IMG/VR virus record: IMGVR_UViG_3300010359_000009
Location: 1-32,090 of that record
Strand: one strand, 5' to 3'
Source of the DNA: a virus
Lineage: Duplodnaviria > Caudoviricetes
Length of the DNA: 32,090 nucleotides
Shown here: positions 24,540 through 32,090 of the stretch, piece by piece
Layout of the letters: each line of letters begins with the position of its first letter
Numbering within the stretch: position 1 is the first letter of the stretch
The notes under the pieces: model-generated
What the model was told of the DNA's origin: nothing
Database searches by the model: none
Seen by the model: the letters and a program-made list of their open reading frames with translations, nothing else
Position numbers and translations under genes: made by a program

Positions 24540-25022
24540 GTGCAGCCGTTGCCGAGGTCAACTCAGGCGGGCCGCGGGCAGCTGTCCGGCCCTGCGGGCA
24601 CTCCGCGCCAAACCCGGAGTATCACTGCGCATATTACTGAGGTACAACCCGGAGTCATCCAGTTCGCGCTGGACTTCGGATGGAAATCGAGTCTCGCGCG
24701 GACGCCCGGCCAGCTTGCCCAGGTACTCGCCTCGGCGTTCGTTGAAGCGCAGATTGCTAATTACGCAAAGTTCCGCAATGGTCCCTATGATGATGGGACC
24801 GCACCCGACGGGTTAGCCGTGAAACGGGAGTACCCAATCCGGCGCGGTCGGCGTATTGACGTGCACGACCCGCGGCTGTGGAAAAAAGACGCCGACGGCA
24901 AATGGATATCGCCGGGTTCGGGTCGAAGGTACAACCCCGACGCTCAGGTCGTGCAACGAGTCAAGGCGCAACTGGCCAGAATGTGGACGCCGGAACCGAA
25001 ATCGGACGGTGATGGTACATGA
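24540..25022 (+). CDS. Hypothetical protein
   Basis: AGGAGG RBS; ATGA coupling downstream. Confidence 0.7.
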   Translation: MQPLPRSTQAGRGQLSGPAGTPRQTRSITAHITEVQPGVIQFALDFGWKSSLARTPGQLAQVLASAFVEAQIANYAKFRNGPYDDGTAPDGLAVKREYPIRRGRRIDVHDPRLWKKDADGKWISPGSGRRYNPDAQVVQRVKAQLARMWTPEPKSDGDGT

Positions 25023-25339
25023 CGATTGTTCGCGGCCGGTGGTTCCCTGCACTGGTGATAATCCCGGGTATGCCGAAACCGTGGCGGCGCTGCTACGTAC
25101 TCGCGGCTGATGATGGCTTGCATGTCTTCCGGCAGCGCGGTGAGCAGGCTGACTGGCATTCTGGTATAGACTGGACTGCCACGGTGCTGCCGACCACCCA
25201 GCGGGAGGTCCAGCGCGGCGTTAGCGTGCATACGGACGATGGCCTCGTGGTGGTTACGCTAGGCTCTGGGTGTTCGTGTGGATCGATGGGCAACTGGAGG
25301 GGTCCATCTTGGGCCCGGGAGGAGCTGGCACGACCATGA
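25019..25339 (+). CDS. Hypothetical protein with C-terminal CxC
   Basis: ATGA overlaps at both ends. Confidence 0.7.
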   Translation: MTIVRGRWFPALVIIPGMPKPWRRCYVLAADDGLHVFRQRGEQADWHSGIDWTATVLPTTQREVQRGVSVHTDDGLVVVTLGSGCSCGSMGNWRGPSWAREELARP

Positions 25340-25671
25340 GTGAGTTGATGGCATATCTGATATTAGGGTCACTGCTTATCTTCGGGGTGATAAGCAGCTG
25401 GGTTACATTCGACGACTACTGGGGCGGGCGCATCGGACTGCGCCCAATCGTCGTCAGCATTACTGCCGTTATCTGCTACGCGAGTCTCAGTGGATTGTAC
25501 TTCACATCCGTTGTACTCGGTTATTCCGATACATCGGCGGCAGCCGACGCAGCCTTCTGCGCCCTGTTCGCTTTGGCGCTCGGTGTAGATGTGAGCCTGG
25601 CGACGGCTATTTTTTGGCGCACGGTACAGGCCCGCAGGATTCCTGGTAATGATGTGGCAGTGCGGAGATGA
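25336..25671 (+). CDS. Membrane protein (about 3 TM helices)
   Basis: GGAGGAG RBS; three hydrophobic segments. Confidence 0.7.
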   Translation: MSELMAYLILGSLLIFGVISSWVTFDDYWGGRIGLRPIVVSITAVICYASLSGLYFTSVVLGYSDTSAAADAAFCALFALALGVDVSLATAIFWRTVQARRIPGNDVAVRR

Positions 25672-25874
25672 CCTTGTGCCGGAAGTTGACTCATCTGAAT
25701 GTGGACTCCCGCGAGATAACCCCTGAATCCGTCGAGCTGGCGCAGTGGCACTTCGATAATTTCGTCGTGCAGGCGCAGATAGCCGCCGCCGTGATGACGC
25801 AGTTTCACGACGCCCTGCGTGCTGCGATGGTTGACATTGCACAGGTAGTAACCGAGGTGCGCCGTCGTGCCTGA
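25668..25874 (+). CDS. Hypothetical protein
   Basis: ATGA overlap with the upstream gene. Confidence 0.55.
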   Translation: MTLCRKLTHLNVDSREITPESVELAQWHFDNFVVQAQIAAAVMTQFHDALRAAMVDIAQVVTEVRRRA

Positions 25875-26175
25875 TTGGTTCGCCCCTCTCCCTCTGCTGC
25901 TTGATGCGCTGGCCGTGACTTATATCGTCTACCTCATCACCACCGACGGTGGTCCGTTGAGTCCGATTCGCGAACGGATGCTGGATCGGATGCCGGGCCT
26001 GCTGGTCAAGTGGGCGTCTTGCCCTTGGTGCGCTTCGGCGTGGGTGGGTGCTGCGGTACTCGCGTTACATGCCCTGCTACCGGCCATCTGGCCGTACGCT
26101 GCTGCCATGCTGGCCACTGCGGCCATAGCGAGCATTCTGGTGATGGCGATCTGGCGGCTACAGCGGGAGGACTGA
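25867..26175 (+). CDS. DUF1360-like membrane protein
   Basis: LITTD....PIRE...CPWC.SAWV with flanking TM segments. Confidence 0.75.
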   Translation: MPDWFAPLPLLLDALAVTYIVYLITTDGGPLSPIRERMLDRMPGLLVKWASCPWCASAWVGAAVLALHALLPAIWPYAAAMLATAAIASILVMAIWRLQRED

Positions 26176-26564
26176 TGGCCGAGCCGTTGGAGATCAAGCA
26201 GGGCACCACGAGGACGATCGTGGTATCCAAACTCCGCGACAGTGCTGGTCAGCCATTGGATCCAACCGGATGGGAGGTGCACGCCGTGGCCCGGGCGGGG
26301 GTATGGGGTCCAGTGGTCGCGGCGTGGCGTACCACCCCGGGAGATGGTGAGGGCCTTGCTGAGGTGGTTGACGCCGACCCGGACGTCGATCCCACGGCTG
26401 CGGGGGAGAAGTGGATCTACCTGCACATCACGCCAGCCTGGTCGGACGGCTGGACCTGGACTTACGCCGACCTGGATATTGAGATCCACGAGCCACCGCC
26501 GCTGTCCCGCGAGGAGGCGTTCTCCCGCCAGCTGAAGCTGATACCGACGACCGTCCGCGCGTAA
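26175..26564 (+). CDS. Putative virion/fibre adaptor (beta-sandwich)
   Basis: GGGAGG RBS; LEIKQG.T......D..GQPLD.TGW pattern. Confidence 0.6.
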   Translation: MAEPLEIKQGTTRTIVVSKLRDSAGQPLDPTGWEVHAVARAGVWGPVVAAWRTTPGDGEGLAEVVDADPDVDPTAAGEKWIYLHITPAWSDGWTWTYADLDIEIHEPPPLSREEAFSRQLKLIPTTVRA

Positions 26565-26579
26565 TGGAGGTGCCGCCAG

Positions 26580-26990
26580 ATGACGAACGCACTTTATGAC
26601 ACCGGCCGCAACGCCTTCCTCTCAGGTGGCATCAACTGGGTTGCGGATGACATCCGGGTAATTCTTGTTGACACTGCGGACTACACTGTTAATCTGGCCA
26701 CTCATGATTTTCTCAATGACGTCCCCTCCGCTGCCAGAGTGGCAGTTCTCGGTGCATCGTTAGCAAACAAGACAGCCGTCGCTGGTGTTGCTGACGCGGA
26801 TAACATCACATTCCCCACCGTTACGGGAGATGTGTCAGAGGCACTGATACTTTATAAACACACGGGGACGGAATCCACGTCGCAGCTGATTGCTTATATC
26901 GACTCGGCCACCGGGCTTCCGGTAACCCCCAATGGGGGAAATGTCGATGTAGCGTGGGACAACGGGGCGAACAAGATTTTTAAGTTGTGA
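26580..26990 (+). CDS. Putative virion structural/fibre-associated protein
   Basis: GGAGG RBS; NALYD.G...F..G.I.W..DDIRVILVD...PVTPNGG......W.NG..KIF. Confidence 0.7.
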   Translation: MTNALYDTGRNAFLSGGINWVADDIRVILVDTADYTVNLATHDFLNDVPSAARVAVLGASLANKTAVAGVADADNITFPTVTGDVSEALILYKHTGTESTSQLIAYIDSATGLPVTPNGGNVDVAWDNGANKIFKL

Positions 26991-26991
26991 C

Positions 26992-28101
26992 ATGGCCTAC
27001 CGGTCGGATGCCGCCACGGAACGCCTCTATCTGAATGCGACTCTGCCCAACCCAGCTATCTCGAAGCTGACGATAATGGGCTGGTTCAAGGTTACCGACC
27101 GGAATGACTACTCGACGTACTGGCGGACATCGAGCGGTGGCGGAACCATTAATACCGTGGCTACGGACGGCGGCGGCCTGGGAGTGAACGTATTCACCCC
27201 AACCACGAGTATCACCAATACGTATTCCAATTCAGACGGACAGTGGATACATATAGCCACGGTGGATGATACCGGGAGTGTGGTTAATTATGTCACGCCC
27301 GAAGGTGGCTCTATAGTCTCACAGAGTGGCACGATCCTGAGTGCCGTCTCAGACCAGTTATGTCTCTTGGGCCGACGCTCGGATGACGCCACCGAGTGGG
27401 GTAACATGGCCGTTGCATACGTGAGGGTATTCGCGGGCAAGCTGACGCAGGCCCAGGTCGAGGCCGAGCGGGACAGCGCTGTGGCAATCCTGTCGGCATG
27501 GGCCGACTGGCCACTGAGTACGGGCACCGATCTGAACGACGTCAGTGGTAATGGACGTCATTTAACCGCCGTAGGTGCAGGCGGGAGTACCGAGGCCGGA
27601 CCTCCCATTAGTGGTACGCAGACAATCTCTCCGAGCGGTATCGCGTCTGCGGAGTCGATGGGAGCGCCGACCGTAACACCTGGCTCCGTCAGCTTAGGGC
27701 CGACCGGAGTGACCTCTACCGAGGCATTCGGTACTGATGTGGTGAGTCCGGGGCCTGTAACCGCAACGCCTGCGGGCATCCCTTCGGCCGAGGCAACCGG
27801 TACACCGTCTGTGGTGTCGGGCGGGGTTACTATCAGTCTGGTTGGTATCGGCTCGGCCGAGGCATTCGGCACGCCGGTTGTCATCATGGTCGTCGAGCCG
27901 GGTGCTATCGTCTCTGCCGAGCAATTCGGCTTGTCGACCGTTACCCCGGGGTCAGTCGTACTGGCACCGAGTGGCATCGCATCGGCCGCCGTATTCGGTG
28001 CGATTGCGGTCATCGGGGGAGACACTCGGATACTGTGGCCTCCCGCTGCTGGCAAGATATGGGTTATGGGTGTCGCTACCGGTGAGGTCAGTATTCGATG
28101 A
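26992..28101 (+). CDS. Fibre-like protein: N-terminal LamG/ConA-like domain plus repeated stalk
   Basis: TIMGWFK, WIHIA.V, VRVF...LTQAQV; six ~23-aa GIxSAExFG repeats. Confidence 0.7.
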   Translation: MAYRSDAATERLYLNATLPNPAISKLTIMGWFKVTDRNDYSTYWRTSSGGGTINTVATDGGGLGVNVFTPTTSITNTYSNSDGQWIHIATVDDTGSVVNYVTPEGGSIVSQSGTILSAVSDQLCLLGRRSDDATEWGNMAVAYVRVFAGKLTQAQVEAERDSAVAILSAWADWPLSTGTDLNDVSGNGRHLTAVGAGGSTEAGPPISGTQTISPSGIASAESMGAPTVTPGSVSLGPTGVTSTEAFGTDVVSPGPVTATPAGIPSAEATGTPSVVSGGVTISLVGIGSAEAFGTPVVIMVVEPGAIVSAEQFGLSTVTPGSVVLAPSGIASAAVFGAIAVIGGDTRILWPPAAGKIWVMGVATGEVSIR

Positions 28102-28117
28102 GACGGTATAAGGAGAT

Positions 28118-28399
28118 GTGGATATGATAAGAAGTTTCCGGGGTGCTGCGACGACGGTCATCCTGGCTGCTGCAGCAGTACTCGTGGCAGCGCCGTCTGC
28201 GTCGGCTTCTTCGCGGGTAATGGCGACCGGTCCGGAGTGCGCTCCGAACGTGGTGTCAGCAGTGCTGCAGGCTATCAACGATGCGGGGTTAAGCGTTCCG
28301 CCCGGTAGATACCAATATCTACAGGTCAGCTATGACTCTGCGCAAGGCCGGTATGTGTTGCAGCCATGCGTGGTTACTGTTCCAGCCGCGGTCAGTTGA
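28118..28399 (+). CDS. Small secreted protein
   Basis: AAGGAG RBS; signal peptide RSFRG-TVILAAAAVLVAAP-SASA; two Cys in the mature part. Confidence 0.7.
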   Translation: MDMIRSFRGAATTVILAAAAVLVAAPSASASSRVMATGPECAPNVVSAVLQAINDAGLSVPPGRYQYLQVSYDSAQGRYVLQPCVVTVPAAVS

Positions 28400-28535
28400 T
28401 ACCGACGTACGGGTAACCCTTCACCGTTGCGCCAGCCCGTGTCGCGTTGTCGCCCTCCCCCCGGCCCTCGATGATCTGGCATCCTTTCTCGGAGGACTCC
28501 CGGTCCACCGTTGCCGGCCCGCAGGGAGGATTGCT

Positions 28536-31214
28536 GTGGATCTGCTGGCGCGCTGGCGGCGCAAACCGGTCGATGAGCAGCAGGATGTGCTGCGGTCAGT
28601 CGCTCAGCTCAGGGTATTGCGCGCCTCCGGTCAGCGGATCGACCTGTCCGCGCGAGACGTCGGCATGCGTATCGCGGCCACGCGGCAGTCGTGGCAGCAA
28701 GATGCATGGGACTATCACGGCCGGATCGGCGAGCTGGCATTTGCGCTGCGCCAGCTCGCGCAACAGGTCGCGAAGGTCCGTTTCTACGCAGCGGAGATCC
28801 GGCCGTATCCGGAAGATCCGATCGAGCTGACGAATGATGACCACGATGTCGATCCGCAGTTAGCTGCTGATGCTGTGGGGAATCTCGCCCGGCTTCCACT
28901 GGATGACGAGTCGATCGACGGGTTCAAGGCCACCATATGTCGTAATCTGAACGTCGCCGGCGAGGGTTGGATCCATGGTGAACCTGACGGCGGCGGTGAG
29001 TCCTGGCAAGTCAGATCGATATCTGAGATTATCCCGCGCGGCGACGAGGTGTATCTGTCTGAACTGCCGACCGCGACAAGCCTCGGTCAGCGGAAGATTA
29101 CCGACTCCGAGGTTTTGATGCGTTGCTGGCTGCGGCACCCACGGTGGACGCAACTCGCGGACTCGCCATTGTCGAGCACGTTGGATATCCTCGAAGGGAT
29201 CGTGCTCGACGGCCGGGAGATGCGGGTGGCCGCGCAGTCTAGGATTGCCGCTAACGGCATCCTGCTCGTCCCGAGCGAAATATCCCTCACGAGAGTTATC
29301 GAGGATGCGCAGGGGTTGCGCGAGGAGTCCGTTACCGACGAAGAGTTCATGGCCGGACTTGTCGACGCCATGACAGCGCCGATTCGCAACGAGGGCCATC
29401 CGGGTGCAGTTGCCCCCATGGTGATGAGAGGAATGGCTGAGCACCTCAAAGAGGTCAGGCACATGAAAATTGACCGCGCCGACTCTCAGCAGATCATGGA
29501 ACGGGTGGCCGGTGGTCTACTCAGGATGCTGAAGAGCATCGATATTCAACCGGAGCAGGTTGAGGGCCTGAAGAGCCTGAATCACTGGTCAGGCTGGCAG
29601 GTCGAGGCCAAAGCGGCGAAGGATCTGGCCATTCCATGGTCGGCGACTGTCGCCGGATGTATCGCGAAGGCGTTCCTCCGTTCAGCCCTTGAATCGGTAG
29701 GGTACTCCCGGGACGCTCTTCGCAGGATCGGCGTGTGGTATGACGCCAGCAAGCTGACCGAGAATCCCAACAAGGCGCAGGACGCACGGGATGCGCACGA
29801 TCGCATCGTCATCTCCGATGAAAGGTTCCGTCGTGACCTCGGCTATGACGAGGACGATGCTCCGGATGAGGAGGAGCGGAACCGCCGTATCGCCGCGAAG
29901 GCTGGTATCGACCAGGGCACCGCGGCGGCAGTGCTAGAGATCGCTCGCTATGTCTCCGGACGGCAACTGCCGCGGGTCATCGGCCAGCCTGGTCAGAACG
30001 CACTGCCGACTGGCACGGCAACCGGCGACGCGCACCCACCGCGGCCGGGCGAGACGGTGCCAGAGGAGGTGATACCGACCGAGCCGGCGCGGCAGGAGCA
30101 AGACCGTAGTATGACCGCCGCTGCCGAGCAGGGCCACCCCCTCCCGGGCGGCTGGCGCGTGGACATGGCACTGTCCCGCGATCTGGCCGACATTGATGCC
30201 GCACTAGCGGAGCGCATCATCACTGCCGCTGACGCGGCGATCGCCCGGGCCATTGAGCGTGCTGGCGGTCGGGCGCGCACAGCACTGCGTAGCGCCGCCC
30301 GCAGGGACTCCGCACTGACCGCCGCCATCGATGGTGTCGATGCGGCTATGATTCCCGGCCGGGTCGGCCGGGATGTGTTGCTGGCGGCAACCGGATTGCC
30401 CGAGTTGCTGGCCGGTGCGTTCACGCGCCTGCGGTCTCAGTTTTTTGACTGGCTTCGGCTGTCGGCGGAACAGGTGGCCAGTACGGTATCCCGACTGCTG
30501 GGTGCCCGACAGCAGGACCGTCAGCGCGTCGTGGTTGACCGCTTACTGGAGCGCCGAGACGCAGCATGGACCGCGCTAGCTGAAGAGCTCGACGCCGCAG
30601 CCGCGCGGGCGATGTTCCGTGCTGACCCGCTGGCACCCGAGCAGGGCCGCGGGGAGGGTTCTGGCGCTCTGATCGAGCCGCCTGCGGTCACTCGTGCACT
30701 GACGATCGCGGGTGGTGGTCACCCCGACCGGATCACTGACAGCGGGCTGGGATCTGGCCCGATCGTTCGCGAGGTGCTGGCCGGTGCCGGTGCGGTGACG
30801 CTCGGCTGGGAGTGGCAGTATCGGCCCGAGCGTCCCCGTGGCGCGCACTTCCCTCCGCATGTCGCGCTGGACGGTGCCCGGTTCTCCACCTGGACGGATC
30901 CAGTGTTGGCTACCGATGAATCCACCGCATGGGTCGGCACCCACTTTCGTCCGGGTGACCACGAAGCGTGCCGGTGCACGAGCCGTACGATCATCGCAGT
31001 ACCGGAACCCGAGGAGGCCGAACTTGTCTCTCGCCGAATCCAGGAAGCTGGCGAGAGCGGTCGCGGCCGGGCAGCCGCTCGCCTTGCAAGCGAAGACGTT
31101 TCCGCTGGTAGGGCTGGCACTAGTGCGCAACGAGAGATCGAAACGCGGGATCGGCTCGCCGCAGACGTGGAACGGTTGCGGCAGCACTACATCGAAGGAG
31201 TGCGAAGTCAATGA
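28536..31214 (+). CDS. Portal protein with C-terminal MuF-like head morphogenesis domain
   Basis: GGGAGG before GTG at 28536; WQQDAW.Y...IGEL.F, LNVAGEGW, RHPR....ADSP, SRIAANGILLVP, NHWSGW; C-terminal PH..LDG...PGDH..CRC. Confidence 0.8.
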   Translation: MDLLARWRRKPVDEQQDVLRSVAQLRVLRASGQRIDLSARDVGMRIAATRQSWQQDAWDYHGRIGELAFALRQLAQQVAKVRFYAAEIRPYPEDPIELTNDDHDVDPQLAADAVGNLARLPLDDESIDGFKATICRNLNVAGEGWIHGEPDGGGESWQVRSISEIIPRGDEVYLSELPTATSLGQRKITDSEVLMRCWLRHPRWTQLADSPLSSTLDILEGIVLDGREMRVAAQSRIAANGILLVPSEISLTRVIEDAQGLREESVTDEEFMAGLVDAMTAPIRNEGHPGAVAPMVMRGMAEHLKEVRHMKIDRADSQQIMERVAGGLLRMLKSIDIQPEQVEGLKSLNHWSGWQVEAKAAKDLAIPWSATVAGCIAKAFLRSALESVGYSRDALRRIGVWYDASKLTENPNKAQDARDAHDRIVISDERFRRDLGYDEDDAPDEEERNRRIAAKAGIDQGTAAAVLEIARYVSGRQLPRVIGQPGQNALPTGTATGDAHPPRPGETVPEEVIPTEPARQEQDRSMTAAAEQGHPLPGGWRVDMALSRDLADIDAALAERIITAADAAIARAIERAGGRARTALRSAARRDSALTAAIDGVDAAMIPGRVGRDVLLAATGLPELLAGAFTRLRSQFFDWLRLSAEQVASTVSRLLGARQQDRQRVVVDRLLERRDAAWTALAEELDAAAARAMFRADPLAPEQGRGEGSGALIEPPAVTRALTIAGGGHPDRITDSGLGSGPIVREVLAGAGAVTLGWEWQYRPERPRGAHFPPHVALDGARFSTWTDPVLATDESTAWVGTHFRPGDHEACRCTSRTIIAVPEPEEAELVSRRIQEAGESGRGRAAARLASEDVSAGRAGTSAQREIETRDRLAADVERLRQHYIEGVRSQ

Positions 31215-31504
31215 GCGAGGCGCATCTGGATCACCCTGGCGAGTGGCGTTGGTTCCATGGCTACGGCCCAGCCGAGATAGTAGGACAATGCCCACACGAC
31301 TCGTGTGGGCATTACGGGACCTCTGTCATTGCCTACGGCCCGGACTTCGAGCACTACGAGTTAGTAACATGCGACGATACCGATGGATGTAATGGCAGTT
31401 GCCGAGGTTGGACCAAAGAGTATCCGACATTTGAAGCAAACAGACGAGGCTTACCTCGGGTAGTGTGGCCACACGATCACCTCGGATGGATGGCGGTGCG
31501 ATGA
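31211..31504 (+). CDS. Hypothetical Cys/His-containing protein
   Basis: AAGGAG RBS; ATGA overlaps. Confidence 0.7.
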   Translation: MSEAHLDHPGEWRWFHGYGPAEIVGQCPHDSCGHYGTSVIAYGPDFEHYELVTCDDTDGCNGSCRGWTKEYPTFEANRRGLPRVVWPHDHLGWMAVR

Positions 31505-31734
31505 TTGACCCTGACGAGCTGGATAACGACTTCCGCTACCACCCTCCCGCATCAGCGAAGCGACGTGAAGCACATGAAGCTATTCGCGCTGCCTGCACGA
31601 ATCTCGGATTCCAGCTTAATCAGCTAGTGCCGGATGGTCCGGAGAAGACTCAGGCGATCAAGGTGAATTTAGCTCAGGTGATGTTCTGGGCTAACGCTGG
31701 CATCGCACGACAGCCGAATGGAGACAGCCAGTGA
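31501..31734 (+). CDS. Acb2/Tad1-like helical-hairpin protein (candidate nucleotide-signal sponge)
   Basis: FRYHPP...HEAIR...VPDGPEK.QA...L.QVMFWANAGIAR. Confidence 0.7.
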   Translation: MIDPDELDNDFRYHPPASAKRREAHEAIRAACTNLGFQLNQLVPDGPEKTQAIKVNLAQVMFWANAGIARQPNGDSQ

Positions 31735-32012
31735 CCACCGTGCACGCGGCGATCGGAAATTCCGACGACAAGCTATCGCAGGTTGACTGGAGCAATTACG
31801 TGGAAGCGTTCCAGCGCGTGATGATAGCGGCTGCAACTCAGGCATACGGGCAGTGGTACTCAGAACCGCGCAGTCCATTCCAGAATGCCTGCATGGCGAT
31901 TGAGATCAAGCAGGGTGCGATTGATGACCTGAAATCGAAACTACTCGATCTGCGGTTACGATTCGGTCAGGACTCTATTGCGCTCAACGTGTCGGATACG
32001 GAGTTTGTGTGA
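31731..32012 (+). CDS. Hypothetical protein
   Basis: GGAG RBS; GTGA overlap; IGNSDDKLSQ..W. Confidence 0.7.
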   Translation: MTTVHAAIGNSDDKLSQVDWSNYVEAFQRVMIAAATQAYGQWYSEPRSPFQNACMAIEIKQGAIDDLKSKLLDLRLRFGQDSIALNVSDTEFV

Positions 32013-32090
32013 TGACAGCACCCACCGTGGACCAGCCGGACATCGCCGAGACCGCCCAGCCCGAGCACACCGGCGGCATGATCGCGCTCA
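32012..32090 (+). CDS. 5' fragment of the next gene (runs off the window)
   Basis: TGATG overlap; MTAPTVDQPDIAETAQPEHTGGMIAL. Confidence 0.6.
   Translation, partial: MTAPTVDQPDIAETAQPEHTGGMIAL

Noticed and set aside
28332-28535. N-terminal extension of the portal in the ORF track
   Set aside because: Overlaps the upstream gene and lacks an RBS; GTG at 28536 has GGGAGG
1-32090. CRISPR array, tRNA, integrase, reverse transcriptase/DGR or transposase
   Set aside because: No regularly spaced repeats, cloverleafs or diagnostic motifs found by eye

Overview
High-GC tailed-phage (or prophage) DNA with actinobacteriophage-type genes and signals. Positions 1-22.2 kb form a mostly leftward early/replication arm. 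It carries a DnaQ-like exonuclease fused to DUF4326, RecT plus a YqaJ exonuclease, an N4/N6 DNA methyltransferase paired with an SF2 helicase, a DnaN clamp, DUF1643, a DnaB/RepA-like helicase, a wHTH replication initiator with internal iteron-like repeats, an HNH, a C5 methyltransferase, a SLOG protein and many small ORFs. Positions 22.3-32.1 kb form the rightward start of the virion arm: TerS, TerL, membrane proteins, a LamG fibre module, a portal fused to a MuF-like domain and an Acb2/Tad1-like protein. The most striking signal is the C5 methyltransferase, whose variable region encodes a second, out-of-frame 263-aa protein with five LLxTP repeats. Other notable signals are several small 'unknown gene + RHH/HTH regulator + operator' cassettes, two structured attenuator-like leaders, and a very acidic 39-aa peptide just upstream of recT. 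No integrase, lysis genes, tRNA or CRISPR array were seen. Family calls come from motif recognition by eye, not database searches.
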